From positions 18,349 to 82,348 of the forward strand of contig MQRK01213793.1 in the NCBI GenBank assembly GCA_001938485.1: DNA of 64,000 bases, read 5' to 3'. The notes under the pieces were generated by a model. The model did not search any database. It saw nothing but the letters and a program-made list of their open reading frames with translations, and was not told the DNA's origin. The position numbers and the translations under genes are program-made. The stretch's first letter is position 1. Every line of letters begins with the position of its first letter. This document shows positions 51,685 through 63,202 of the stretch, piece after piece. The stretch comes from Girardia tigrina (taxonomy: Eukaryota).

Positions 51685-53389
51685 ATGGAATTTAGAAACC
51701 TATTTTTGAAGGCCTTTTACTCAATCAATTTTCTCCAAATTTTGAATATTTACTCCTTTTCAATGACAATATTGGAAAAAAACGGCCAATTCGGAGTTCC
51801 TGAACAATATTAATTGAAAAAGATCTACTTATAAATTATAAGTAGTTTATATTATGCAAAAAAGTAAAGTTAAAAAAGTAAATGCAGTAATTTTCACTTC
51901 TACAAAAATGCTTTTGACCCAGTAGAGTTCTGCCAACATAAATAATGGATATAATTTTTTTGATTTACCAGTTAAGAAGACAAGCATTTAAATAAATATA
52001 AATAAAACTAATAAAATTTAAATTAAATTCATTTTTCAAAATTTGATAACATTTTTTTATTTTGAGTTCTTTTAGATAAGTGGTTAAAATTATTAATTTA
52101 AATAAATATTTTTGGAAGGTAATTATTTTAAAAAGAATTAGAAAAATTGTTCGAATAATCATTATTAAAAAGAGAAATAAAAAACCAATTAGAACAATGT
52201 CAAACGGTGAACGATCTTCGGAGAGTTGTAATGACTCTAAATGTGATAGTAATAAATATTCAAATGATAATTGTATGAATGTTCTTAACATTTTAAAATG
52301 ACAATTAAATATTTTGACTTAAATTCCCATTAATTTTAATGCTGATAATTTTATCACTTCAGGAAAATTGTAAAAGCAATTCTAAGTTTTATAATTTATT
52401 GACAATCACCATTGACACAAAGCAACTAGTAACAAGAAAAAGTAAAGTGTTAAGTTATAAGACAATACAAGTTATCAAATGTTTGCATGGAAAATTCTGC
52501 CGACTGCATGAGTTGCTGCAAAAACATAATTCGTACAGAGAATATTGAACCATATGTTCTTTTTGGAGTAAAACAATGAATTTAAATAGTAATTAACTAT
52601 GATCGTGCCTCAAATACAAGATACAGGTCTGCAATTTTTCAGAACTTTGAACCCATTCAGCTTGTCACATGTAAGAGAATAGATGTTATCAAGTGTTTTA
52701 TGGTTTTGTAATCTTTTCGAGTTAATGTTTATCAGTCTAGACCTAATCACTTCCGGCATATTCACCAACCATATTCCAACCGTCACGAGGAGTCCATTTT
52801 GTTTGAATTCAATTGATTTATAAGCCTAGAAGTTCGATTTTTCAGCGTAACCTATTATAAATCTTTTACAAAATGTCATAGTAGACAACAACTTGTTTTG
52901 TAACTCTGGCTACAGTTTTTTTGATTTTAATTTAATTCTTTTTGCTCTATGCAGATTATGTAACAGTCAGAGACAGTAAGTGCAACTGTAGCAACATGAT
53001 ATTATATTCCTTCAATTTTTCAAACATTTCTCGGCTTATTTCTTTTAGCGAGTACTTGAATTACTCATCACCATCCTAGCTCCTCATAAAGGTTTGGGAT
53101 TCCTATATGGATGCAAGAGTCAAAGCATATTATGATTTATTTTTCACATGTTTCCATTCTTTATATGGTCACTGATCTTGATTTAATCCGATTTGATTCA
53201 TGCTACTTAAATTAATTCATAGAACTTGATAAAACGCTGTGCTAACAAGAAACTTGTGTATGAATTTCTAAGACTATTTAGCACAGGTATAGGCACTTTT
53301 TTAAAGTTAGGCAACAGACAGAAAATATGAAGATCTACTAGGCTGAATAAAATAAAATGATGAAACAGTTTTCTAAAATTTTACAAAAT

Positions 53390-56300
53390 TTTATTTCAAT
53401 AAAAAGTTATAAAAGGAAATAGGTCTCAGAGGACCGAAGAAAGAGAATCACTTTTGACTACAGCGTCGTTAAGTGTCCATAGTTAGAATCCGTTCCAGGA
53501 TGGAGTTATTTGGAGTGTCCTTGGAACTTGAGCATGGATCGAAGCAGTAAATCGCCCATGTCGCTGCGCAATATTTGATGTTGGATATTACACATCTTCT
53601 TCGTAGGTTGTTCATGACAATATCCGACAATTGCAGATCTTGGAGTACTTCATCGTTCTTCTTTGGCCAGGAACCCAGACATCCAACCACTATTGTCCCG
53701 AGATGTACACCCTAACCTGAGAATTTTGCTTCAGCTTCAAGTGATATTTTGTCTCATTTAGCTCTCTAGCAGACTTTATTTCTCCGTTTCATCGTAGGGC
53801 GTTTTAATGTCAATCAGCCATAAAGTTTTTCTTCCGGAGTTTTTGATTTGCAGATCGATTCTTCTACTGGATGTTGAAAGGTCACTTTGTTCATCCGTCA
53901 GTATTTCATAGTAGGGAAATTCAAAGTCTATTGCTTCGACAACCAGGTCAATTACGGCATTATGGCGAGCTGTGACAAGTGCCATGTTTAATTTGCAACG
54001 ACAAAGGACATGCATTTGCGTCTCAACATATTGTTGGCAAGCTCGGCACATTGTCTTTTCCTTAGGTTTCTTCGGCTTGTAATTGACTGGGAGATTCCCT
54101 GTTCGGGCTTGATGAATAAAACGCCATTCTGTTGCTGTCAGGCTTCTGTCATGTAGTACTTGGCTGGAGATTTTATTCTTGCTTAATGTATCTGCCGATT
54201 TACCCTCACTTGATTGCTTTGACCAGTACACAAATTTCTGGTGATGGTATAACCTGTGGAACTGGAATGACAGTGTCTTCTTTTCAGCGGCTGACAGTGT
54301 AAGACTTTCACTAGATGATCTTATCTGCAGATATATACCCTTTTCATGATCGTTGATAAAGCGTGTTTGCAGTTCAATCTTTTCAAGATATCGGATGTTT
54401 TTTCTGATATTTGTCTACCAAGATTGGATTCTGTTTTCTCGATCTCCTTCATTGAGCCCATCCATCATTTCACTGATTGTTCTGTCAGGATTGTTTTTAC
54501 TGTTTTGTTCTTTTTCTGCTTCTTCAGAGTGTTGTTCAAATTTATCAATGTTAGTCCTGCAACACAAATATCTTCACAAGTCAGGTTTCTGAATGCCTGT
54601 ATGATGGATTAAATGGCGTATTCGTCACGGGTTTCAATCAATCCAAGTTCGTCATATTCTTTATATCTTTATATGTGATGTTCGACTTCCCAGGGCTAGA
54701 CTTTTTCATCTTTAGCAAGACCGACAAGATTTCTGTCTCTGTTATTTTCTTGAATCCAAATTCAGGTCCTTGTGCAATATAAGGGCAGTGGTTCCAATCA
54801 GTCACAGGTGGATCTAGTGTCTTTGTGTGTCTGTATTCCTGTATTTTCTCAATGGGGGCAGGTATTCACCTTCGTATCTGACAGGATTGTCTCAATTACC
54901 ATCTTTGGTTCGGTCTTATATTTTATATGAAGGTATTTGTCTTTCTTACCTCTATCCTTGCCGATTTTTCCTGTATATGGTTTTTTACGACTCTTTTTCT
55001 GTTTTTGTAAGATGAATTGTTGGGATTGTTCTGTTAAGTCCTCAATTGGTACATCAACGATGGATTTCAGGAAGTCATCTGCCGCTGATAATCTGTCGTG
55101 ATAGGTTTGGTTTTGCTCAGTTTTTTTCCGGTCGATGGTTGGGTGTGCTGAGAATTTGCTGTATTTTCTCTTTTTTGACAGCTCTCACACAGTGTTTCTG
55201 TTATCTTCGTTAAGGTTAACTATTTGGTATATGTAGTTGGCGATCCAGTATCCATTCCCGGCAAATTGCTCGGATTTTGTTGTTTCGGTCTCGACTGGAT
55301 CCCATCTGTTGCTGTCATTTCCGTAGAACGAGTGAAGGTTTGTATTTAAGATCTTGATCTCCCTCCATTGTTCGTCCGATAGCTGTGGCAGCCTATTCAT
55401 AATGTTTGTCCTTTTGTTCTCCTGATCGAATGATATCAGGACCCATTGTATATCGGAGATGCATAGCGGACAAAGAACTAAACTTTTGCCGATGAATGTT
55501 GAGTAGGCAATATTTTTCTTGATAAAGTCTTTGTTTCCCTTGCTTATCTTGTGGGTAATTCTGTGATCCAATATCAGAATGTGATCCGGAATCTCCAGGT
55601 TCTGAATCATTTTTGACATTCTGTCTGCTCGAAATTTGTATAAGTCGGCCTTAACTTGCCTTCTCATTATGCTGTTTCTCGGACTTCTTGCTCTCTTTTT
55701 TCGACTATTTCTTCTGTCTTGGTTTTCTCGGTTTTTTGTGCTGTTGTCAGTTTTTTTACCACCACCTCTACTCTGTTGTTCCAATTGCCTTGAAATGTGA
55801 GGTTTTAATAGGTTTGATTTTATTCGAATCTCTCTAATGGGGATTTCGAATAGAGGATCTTCTCGTCTCTTGATGAAATTTTCAATGAATCCGCACGTGA
55901 ATGGTCCGCAGTCATAGTTGTTATACTGCTGTTCACAGGTGCTGTATTTAATGAGTAGCTTGATGTTAAATAGATTGTTATTCTTGTCTGTAGCCGTTTT
56001 GTTTAGAGCTGTTATGAAGGTGCTGACCAATGCTGTAACATGTCTCTCGCTAGGGCAGTCAACCAAAGAGTTGAGTATGAATACATGGCTTCTAGTACAA
56101 CACATAGTGAACCAATGCGTGTTGTTATAGTTGACTGGGGCAATTCAATACAGTAGATTTCGCTTATAGAGAACTTGCTTAAAGAGAATAAAATTTTGTA
56201 AAGAGAACTTTTTGGTTTTTTTTAACTTTTGGAACTTTTTTTTTAAAAAAATAAATGTGTTGATTAGTAAAGTTTTTTTTGATATTTTTTTAAAAATTAT

Positions 56301-56470
56301 CCTTATAAAAAAGTATCTGTTAAAGAGAAATATCGGTTATAGAGAACATTTTTTCAAGTCCCAAAAATATTCTCTTTAAGCGGTATCTACTGTATTGTAT
56401 TTTTTTTTAGGTTGTAGCCTCTGAGGACATGTGATAGATCCTCTTCGCCTGGTGTTGCATATCATTGAAA
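53390..56470 (-). mobile_element. NeSL/LIN-type non-LTR retrotransposon with Ulp1-like protease and restriction-like endonuclease; RT largely deleted
   Basis: REL end: CRAC...ETQMHVLCRC, RHN, RIDL...DIK, VGCLGSW. N-terminal PVNYNNTHW...NSL...QQYNNYDCGPF (C48 protease). AATAAA near 53390. Confidence 0.85.
56151..56392. mobile_element. pogo/Tigger-type MITE inserted in the NeSL-like element
   Basis: TA|CAGTAGAT..CGCTTA.AGAGAA ... TTCTCTTTAAGCGGTATCTACTG|TA. Confidence 0.85.
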
Positions 56471-57815
56471 GAGATGTTACATAGAGGTCAAATGTAACTG
56501 AATTCAATTGCATATTATTAAGACTATGTAGTCGGGCATTTTACCACCAAATCGCGGTGTACTCAAACTCATTTTATGGGCAGGTAGATAGATTGGATAC
56601 CGCCGACAATATAAAACATAACACCCACTCCTGTCTAGATCCCCTTATTTACAAGTTTACAATCAATAACATAACAATCGAATAGTGCAGTAACAAGTTT
56701 AAAGATTAAAATGAGAATGTATATAAATATTTTTAGTCAAGTAATTTCAGATTTTATATTTCTAAAAGTTTGATCAATCCCACTGCCATGAATTTGTAGT
56801 GCCCTGATTAAACTCAACAATTCCTTTCAAGTTAATTATCAAAATTTTGAAAAACTGTTATACATAGTTATGAGTTGTTATTGAGCTTAGATGAACGCAA
56901 ATCGAGAAATATATATTACCATATCGAATAGTTGTGTCCGTATACAAATATAGTACAAAACTTGTTTCTCCTTGATCTGTAAATAAATCCCATTAATAAA
57001 TGTCTGAGAGAAATAGTTTAGACTATAATAAATTATATAAATTAATAAATGGTTAATAGAAGCGCAATAATTACAGTGGGCGTTTATTTACGTCGTTAAC
57101 TCTCGAATGTGTCGATTGTTTCTAATTCTATCAGTGTTAAATTAAAATTTGGTAAATGGATTTTTATTACGCGATTACTTACGCTGATTAAGAGATGCGT
57201 TGATCGTTTCTGTATTGCGATTTAATTGCAAGTCATTAATGGACATTGAATTATTTTAACGGAAAATTGTGGATTTATCTTTATTCTCGACGTTTGTGGT
57301 GGGTTCCCGAAAAGCGTTTGAATATATTAATAATCGGCGATTTAGAATTAAATTATTTACTGATGTTTTATTTGTCATTAGTTTGATATCTTTTCGTATT
57401 ATTTCTTTAAATAAATATGACAGTTCTGAAGCATTTCATAAATGTAATGGAAAATATTTCCCCAGGAAAATGTAAATTGTGAGGAATATAAAGTTTCATT
57501 TTACCGGTTATTTTATGTGGTTTCTTCACTCTTGATTTCCTCGACAGTTTCCCTCACATGGTATTTTTATCAGTAATGATCCTCCATGAAGTATCTGTTT
57601 GAGTAAAATATGTGCAATTGTTTTCATCACTGTTTCTCAACTGATTTGAAGCCACGGACCACTACTTGTTAAATTTTTTATTGTGGATCACATGCTATAT
57701 TCAATTGAAAGATCTTTTTAAGGACTTAAAATATTATAGTTTTCTTTTTACATAAGCATAGTTTTAACTTTCTCTTGAATGCTCAATTCTTATAGGTGCG
57801 TTACCTAGGAGACAG

Positions 57816-58331
57816 TCATCGATGATCTGCCTCGTGACTTGTCGTCAACTCTGCAAGATCGACTGGGATGATCCGACTGATCACAATCCCGACATCCGAT
57901 ACGAGCAGTCGACATCGACATTCTCCTGCAACAGAATTGTGACATTTAATAATGATAACGTCATCCCTCTCAGCAGATACAAACTGGTCCTGCACAATCA
58001 GTTTCTCGGTATTCGCCCTCTCGCTCACCAACTGCACTTGTTGCTGAGTATGCCTATGTGACATTTGATTCTCGAGTTGTCCTCCTTCATAATGATCACG
58101 TTCTCCGTGAATGGTTGACGAATTATGTTCATTGACTTCGACAAACGACGACAATTGTTGAAAGTAAAGGACCAAAAAATTGTACCCAATTTCACCGTTC
58201 GAGACAGAATACCAAGAAATAGAAACACTCTCATTATTAAGAACACCAATATGGGGTTTCGAATATTTATTTTCAATAAAATTTGAATTGTCCTTTGAAC
58301 CACTCTCAGCCAAGCTTTCAGAATTCGACAT
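57816..58331 (-). CDS. Nested antisense ORF (~171 aa from ATG 58331) in RNF19-like intron 5; possible FN3-like N-terminus
   Basis: GC-richer island with open frame MSNSESLAES...HEADHR. KPHIGVLNNESVSISW...NGEIGYNFLVLY resembles FN3 strands A-C by eye. Confidence 0.45.
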   Translation of the reverse strand: MSNSESLAESGSKDNSNFIENKYSKPHIGVLNNESVSISWYSVSNGEIGYNFLVLYFQQLSSFVEVNEHNSSTIHGERDHYEGGQLENQMSHRHTQQQVQLVSERANTEKLIVQDQFVSAERDDVIIIKCHNSVAGECRCRLLVSDVGIVISRIIPVDLAELTTSHEADHR

Positions 58332-58399
58332 CGTTCTAAATTGATAAATTTTTGTTTGTTTTTTAATAAACAATTATTCGAACAAATTTTCAAATTTTA

Positions 58400-58724
58400 G
58401 TAATAATTTTATCTACATATTAATTTTATTTAAAAAATGATTTTATTTAAAGAAAAAACATTTAATTATTCAATATGAAAATTAATTAAAAGTTATTTAA
58501 TTTTTTAATATTAAAATTTGAATCGATCTAATATTTTTAAAGTTTTTTAAATATCTTATGCTGTAATTTAAAATGCAAATTATACTCGAATAATTATTTA
58601 TCGTGAACATCCAAAATACCAATTTTCCATCTGGGTGGGAGAAACACATTTCCAAATACTAAACTCAACATACAAAATTAAAAATACCAATTTCAACATA
58701 CCAAATTTTAAAATATTCCTCACT
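58400..58724 (-). mobile_element. Solo LTR (TGTGAGGAATAT family) directly upstream of the nested ORF
   Basis: CCATCTGGGTGGGAGAAACAC at 58627 and ATATTCCTCAC terminus. Left boundary approximate. Confidence 0.7.
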
Positions 58725-60198
58725 CATCCAAATTTTTATTTATCAATTCACTAAGCTAAGTGAGCGAGTAATTAAACAAACGGTCCAAAGAAATTTTTAG
58801 AATCAAATTTTCATAAAACCACAATATAAATGTATATATACGTATTTATTTTTAATTAATTTTTAAAAAAAATTTAAAATTCTTTTTAAAAAAAATTAAT
58901 TTCCATAGGGATAATTCAGTCAAGTAGCATCTCTATCGCAGTTCTTAGAATAAAATTACGTAAAATAAAATAAATTGAAATGTTCAATGTTATCAAATAT
59001 TTATTGAAAAAGAAGGCAACAGAAACTCATAAAGACATGTAAGATATCTTAGGAGACTCCGTTTAGATGATCAAAATCTGCCACAATTCTTGAAATCGTG
59101 GAAACCATCCAAAATATTAAGGATATATGTATCTCAGACAAAAGAAAGTTTTATATCATTACTATTGAATTAAGGAAACATTTTAGACAAGATGTTTGCC
59201 GTGAAAATTGACAATGGATCACAACATTCAGAAAATAAGACTTTGTCAAGAGAGCTTAGACCATTTAAATCAAACCGAAGTAATTTTCTCCAGCAAGTTT
59301 TTTACGAAAAATAAAACTTAGATTCACCATTTTATCCCTCAAACCAAGCAAAAAAGTAAAACAATGAATGTATAGGAGTTTTCCACTAAATTTCCCACCC
59401 CCACGACGTCAGTCGTTAGAAATGCGAAAAATATTACTAATTGAATATTTTTACAACAATATTACTCTAAATTTGTAGACTGAGGAGATAAAAAATCATG
59501 AAAATAGGTTTTGCTTTTCCTTCTTTCAGGCAAATACTCGTCCCCATACAAGTGTGGTAACAATTGAAAAATTGTGTGAAAAAAATTGTGTTGCAAAACT
59601 CGACACTGATTTGAATCCTAACTTATTCCCACAACTAAATTTTGTTAACAATCCAGACGTTAGTGTTCCAAAACAATCTCCAGAGAGGAAATTTTTACAT
59701 AATTTACTTTGCAATTCTTTGGAAGTATGTTTTTTCATTCGAACATTGGTCAAAGTGTCATTTTAATTACTGGGGTGTGGAATTAAGGTCGCTGGTGAAC
59801 CTATTTTCCCTAAAAAATTACTAATTTTTTTTAATTTTAATTGTTTTTAAACATTAATTTACTATAAATACGAATTATTAATTTATTTTTCAAATAATTT
59901 AGGAATTATTAGTCCTTTATATTTAAATTAATTGCAATAGTTTTAAACATGAATGGGGAAAATTATATTTACCATTTTATATTGATTTTAAAAATTTTTG
60001 TCTAGTTTATGGCTTAATTAATTCTTAAGAGCAATTAGTTCTGTGATCCTAATGACTTAATTCATTTTTCTGAATCGTATCTTTTGTGAACCTAAAAGAA
60101 GTTTTTTTAAATTTTTAATTCATTCATAATTGATACAGCTTTCGTAGGATCTTTAATGTCCGACAAATTGCTGACACAACTTTGATCATTTGTATATA

Positions 60199-60525
60199 TG
60201 GGGGTAGCCATAAGTCGCTTTACCCAGTTTGATTTTCACTTTAAAAATTTTCAAAAATTTAAAGTTCACTAAAAACCCCTAACATACCCCCTCGTTTTTA
60301 AGATTTTTGAATTTTTCAACATTTCGAATAATTTTCACGTAGGAGAGGAGAGATCCGAGGGCCCATGTGAAATTATAGAAAAAAATCACAAAAGAAGTTA
60401 ACAGTTAAAAAATTCAAAAATCTTAAAAACGAGGGGGGACGTTAGGGGTTTTTGGTGAACTTTAAATTTTTGAAAATTTTTAAAGTGAACATCAAACTGG
60501 GTAAAGCGACTTATGGCCACCCCTG
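60199..60525. mobile_element. Foldback MITE with ~115-bp arms, partly Gypsy-derived
   Basis: TA flanks; outer TIR CAGGGGTGGCCATAAGTCGCTTTACCC; inner arms and spacer similar to 12262-12420. Confidence 0.8.
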
Positions 60526-60985
60526 TATATTGCTGCTTTAAAGACATCGTAATGCTATTGAAAATTTATCAACTATAATTAAAAAGACAAAACATAAATG
60601 ATCTCTGGTAATGTTGCTTTAATTGCAGTTACAAATGTGTCTCTTACTGTATCTATTTCACTTTAATTGATGGAGATTGTTTCCTCTCTTCGTTTTATTT
60701 TTGCCCTACATTCGGAAACACTCCTCGAAAATTGAATAGGATTAGAAATCAAAATATTTTACATATCAATTTTAAGGAAGACTTACACAATATTCATATG
60801 AAGGGTTAGTTTTAAGTTTCGCTAAAATAGTTTATTATTTTTTTAGTTTTGAAAATTTAAAGGAAATAAATTAGAAAATTAAAATGCAGAGTAAAAATAT
60901 GATAAAATGAGTACGTGTTTAAAATATGTTTACACTTATAGCAATTAATATATTTTATAAGTGGAATAAGTTTAAATAAAGTTTA

Positions 60986-62491
60986 TGTTGGATATTAGAT
61001 ATTTTAATTATTTGAAATATTTAATATTTGCTTTTTTGATAAATATTTTGTTTGAATATTATCAATTAAACATTGTTTTGAAAATAAACTTTTCACGTGT
61101 TACAAGCTATCCGGGCATAATGAATGATATGAAAATCGTTTTGGAGTTTTTAGAGAAATTTGATGGAAGCATCAATTTCGAGATTTGGCAGAAGAAATTT
61201 GAAATGATCATGAAAATCCAGAAGATTACTGATTCAGCCCCGTATCTCCCTTTTTTTACTATCGGGGGTTGCACTGAACATCTATGTGGAATAGGACGAG
61301 AAGACGCAAAGCAGCTGCGATCGGTTCTTCAAGATATTAAACAATTCGTTCGGCCTGACTAGACGTTCTGCGTACAGTCAATTAATAAATTTACAGTATC
61401 ACGATGGCGAGACTATCGATGAATATGCGTCTCAGGTGAAGATGTTAGCAACGAAGGTCGACGATCTAACAAAGGCTGCATTCATGGCTGGACTGCCTTT
61501 CAAGTTGCAGGTGGATTTGGAACGGGCCGGCGACTAACCCCTGACCGAAATGATCGAATATAGCCGCATGTATTTGGGGATTAAAAAGGGTTTATTACAG
61601 GGTTCAATGACAGCAATACAACACGGAAACAACAACAAAGAAACACGGAGTTCCGGAAGTCAGGGCGAACTCGCTAAACCAAGAGCAAATCTTCAGAAAG
61701 AACCCTATGTTCATCATGAGAGAGACACTAAATTGAAGGAAAGTAATCATCATGAGGGTTCTCAGTGGCAATCAAACAGACAAACAATATGCTACAAATG
61801 TCAGAAACCGGGTCATATCGCAAAATATTGTCGGTCNNNNNNNNNNNNNNNNNNNNNNNNNNNNNNNNNNNNNNNNNNNNNNNNNNNNNNNGCGTTGCCG
61901 ACGATGATCGTCACCGTAAATGACAGGTCAGCCACAGCGTTGATTGATTCGGGTTGTTCGAAAACGGTTGTTTTAAAAGGGTTAGTTAGTGATTGTATGT
62001 TGTTTTCTGACGGCGAAAGTATGGTTTTGGCGAATGGAAAAAGTGTTAGAGTGGGTTCGGGTGAAATGCAGTTGAATATAAATGGTAGGATCATTAGGGT
62101 GGAATGTTCGGCCATGGAACATTTGCCGTATGGTCTAGGGATCTTAATAGGTAAATTGGGCGGCGTGAATATTAATAAGGGTGTTATTGAGTTCGGTGAA
62201 GAGGAAATTAAAGGGATAGATAGTAGCTTGAGTTGTACTGCATCGGATGCGCCTCTTGTTAGTATAAAAAGCATAATTTTGAAATTGAGTTTAGGGAAAA
62301 TTGGTCGATTAAATGGAATTGGAAAAGTGAGGCTCTGAGTCATCTTCCGAATCGTCAATCAGTTTTTAAGGACAACAAATTAAAAGTTTATTTTCAAAAC
62401 AATGTTTAATTGATAATATTCAAACAAAATATTTATCAAAAAAGCAAATATTAAACATTTCAAATAATTAAAATATCTAATATCCCCAACA
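60986..62491 (+). mobile_element. Gypsy-like gag-protease element bounded by inverted ~108-bp LTR-like termini
   Basis: EKFDGS..FEIW.KKFE gag start, CYKCQKPGHIAKYC zinc knuckle, ALIDSG aspartic protease. 60986-61093 is the reverse complement of 62382-62491; GTTTA on both sides. Confidence 0.85.
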
Positions 62492-63039
62492 GTTTAAAAT
62501 AAACAATTAATGAATTAATATTTTTAGAAATATTTTTTTAATAAAAGGGCTTATTGTAAATTTAAATTAATTAGTTTTTATGATAAAGTTTCGTAAGAAT
62601 GTAAAAGTATTTTACATTTTAAATTTTGTAATTTTTTTTGTAAAAAAATGCAAAATTATTTTAAGGTAGATTTTGTAATATTTTTGCAAAAAATGTAAAA
62701 TTATTTTTAAGGTTTAATTTTCGTGAATTTTCAAAATTTAATCGAAAAGAATTGTAAATTAATTTTGGGCGATATAATTGAATTAATTTGTTTAAGTATG
62801 TGAATTGTTGATATTAATAAATTTTTGTGGTGTTAAATTCTTCAGAAGACTTCAGAATGTGATAATAATGAAAGTGGCATAAACGCTACTTACAATCCAT
62901 ATTTAAACAAAAAAATTCATATGAAAGTTTTTATCTCAGATAATTTGAGAAAAAAGTTTTATACAATGTCTTTTAAAGTTAACACTTTAAAATTACAAAT
63001 ATTTATTTTTTACATTCTATGCTAAAAAATTCTTTTCAG

Positions 63040-63202
63040 TCCATCTGGTTGCACATTTTGGGGCCGAAGACAGTGGAATGTTGAAAAGCGAGCTCTATGG
63101 CAAATGGGTACTCTCATTGGAGCACCGTTAGCCATTGGGTTTTTAGCGGCATTGGCAATTCCCGCCATGCTTATTGGAATTCCTCTCTACGTTGGTCGCA
63201 AG
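63040..63202 (+). CDS. RNF19: RNF19-like exon 6 ([13 protein letters not shown]...[35 protein letters not shown]), hydrophobic/transmembrane segment; gene continues beyond window
   Basis: Acceptor cttttcag|T (AG+T=Ser), donor AAG|[15 protein letters not shown]...GAP...AIPAM.IGIP.YVGRK is characteristic of RNF19A/B. Confidence 0.95.

Noticed and set aside
51484-51705. Direct duplication flanking an N gap
   Set aside because: Identical sequence on both sides of the gap around a (TA)n run is typical of an unmerged contig overlap.
57478-58724. Second inverted-LTR unit (TGTGAGGAATAT ... ATATTCCTCAC) enclosing the nested ORF
   Set aside because: Only ~12 bp of inverted similarity and no matching TSD.
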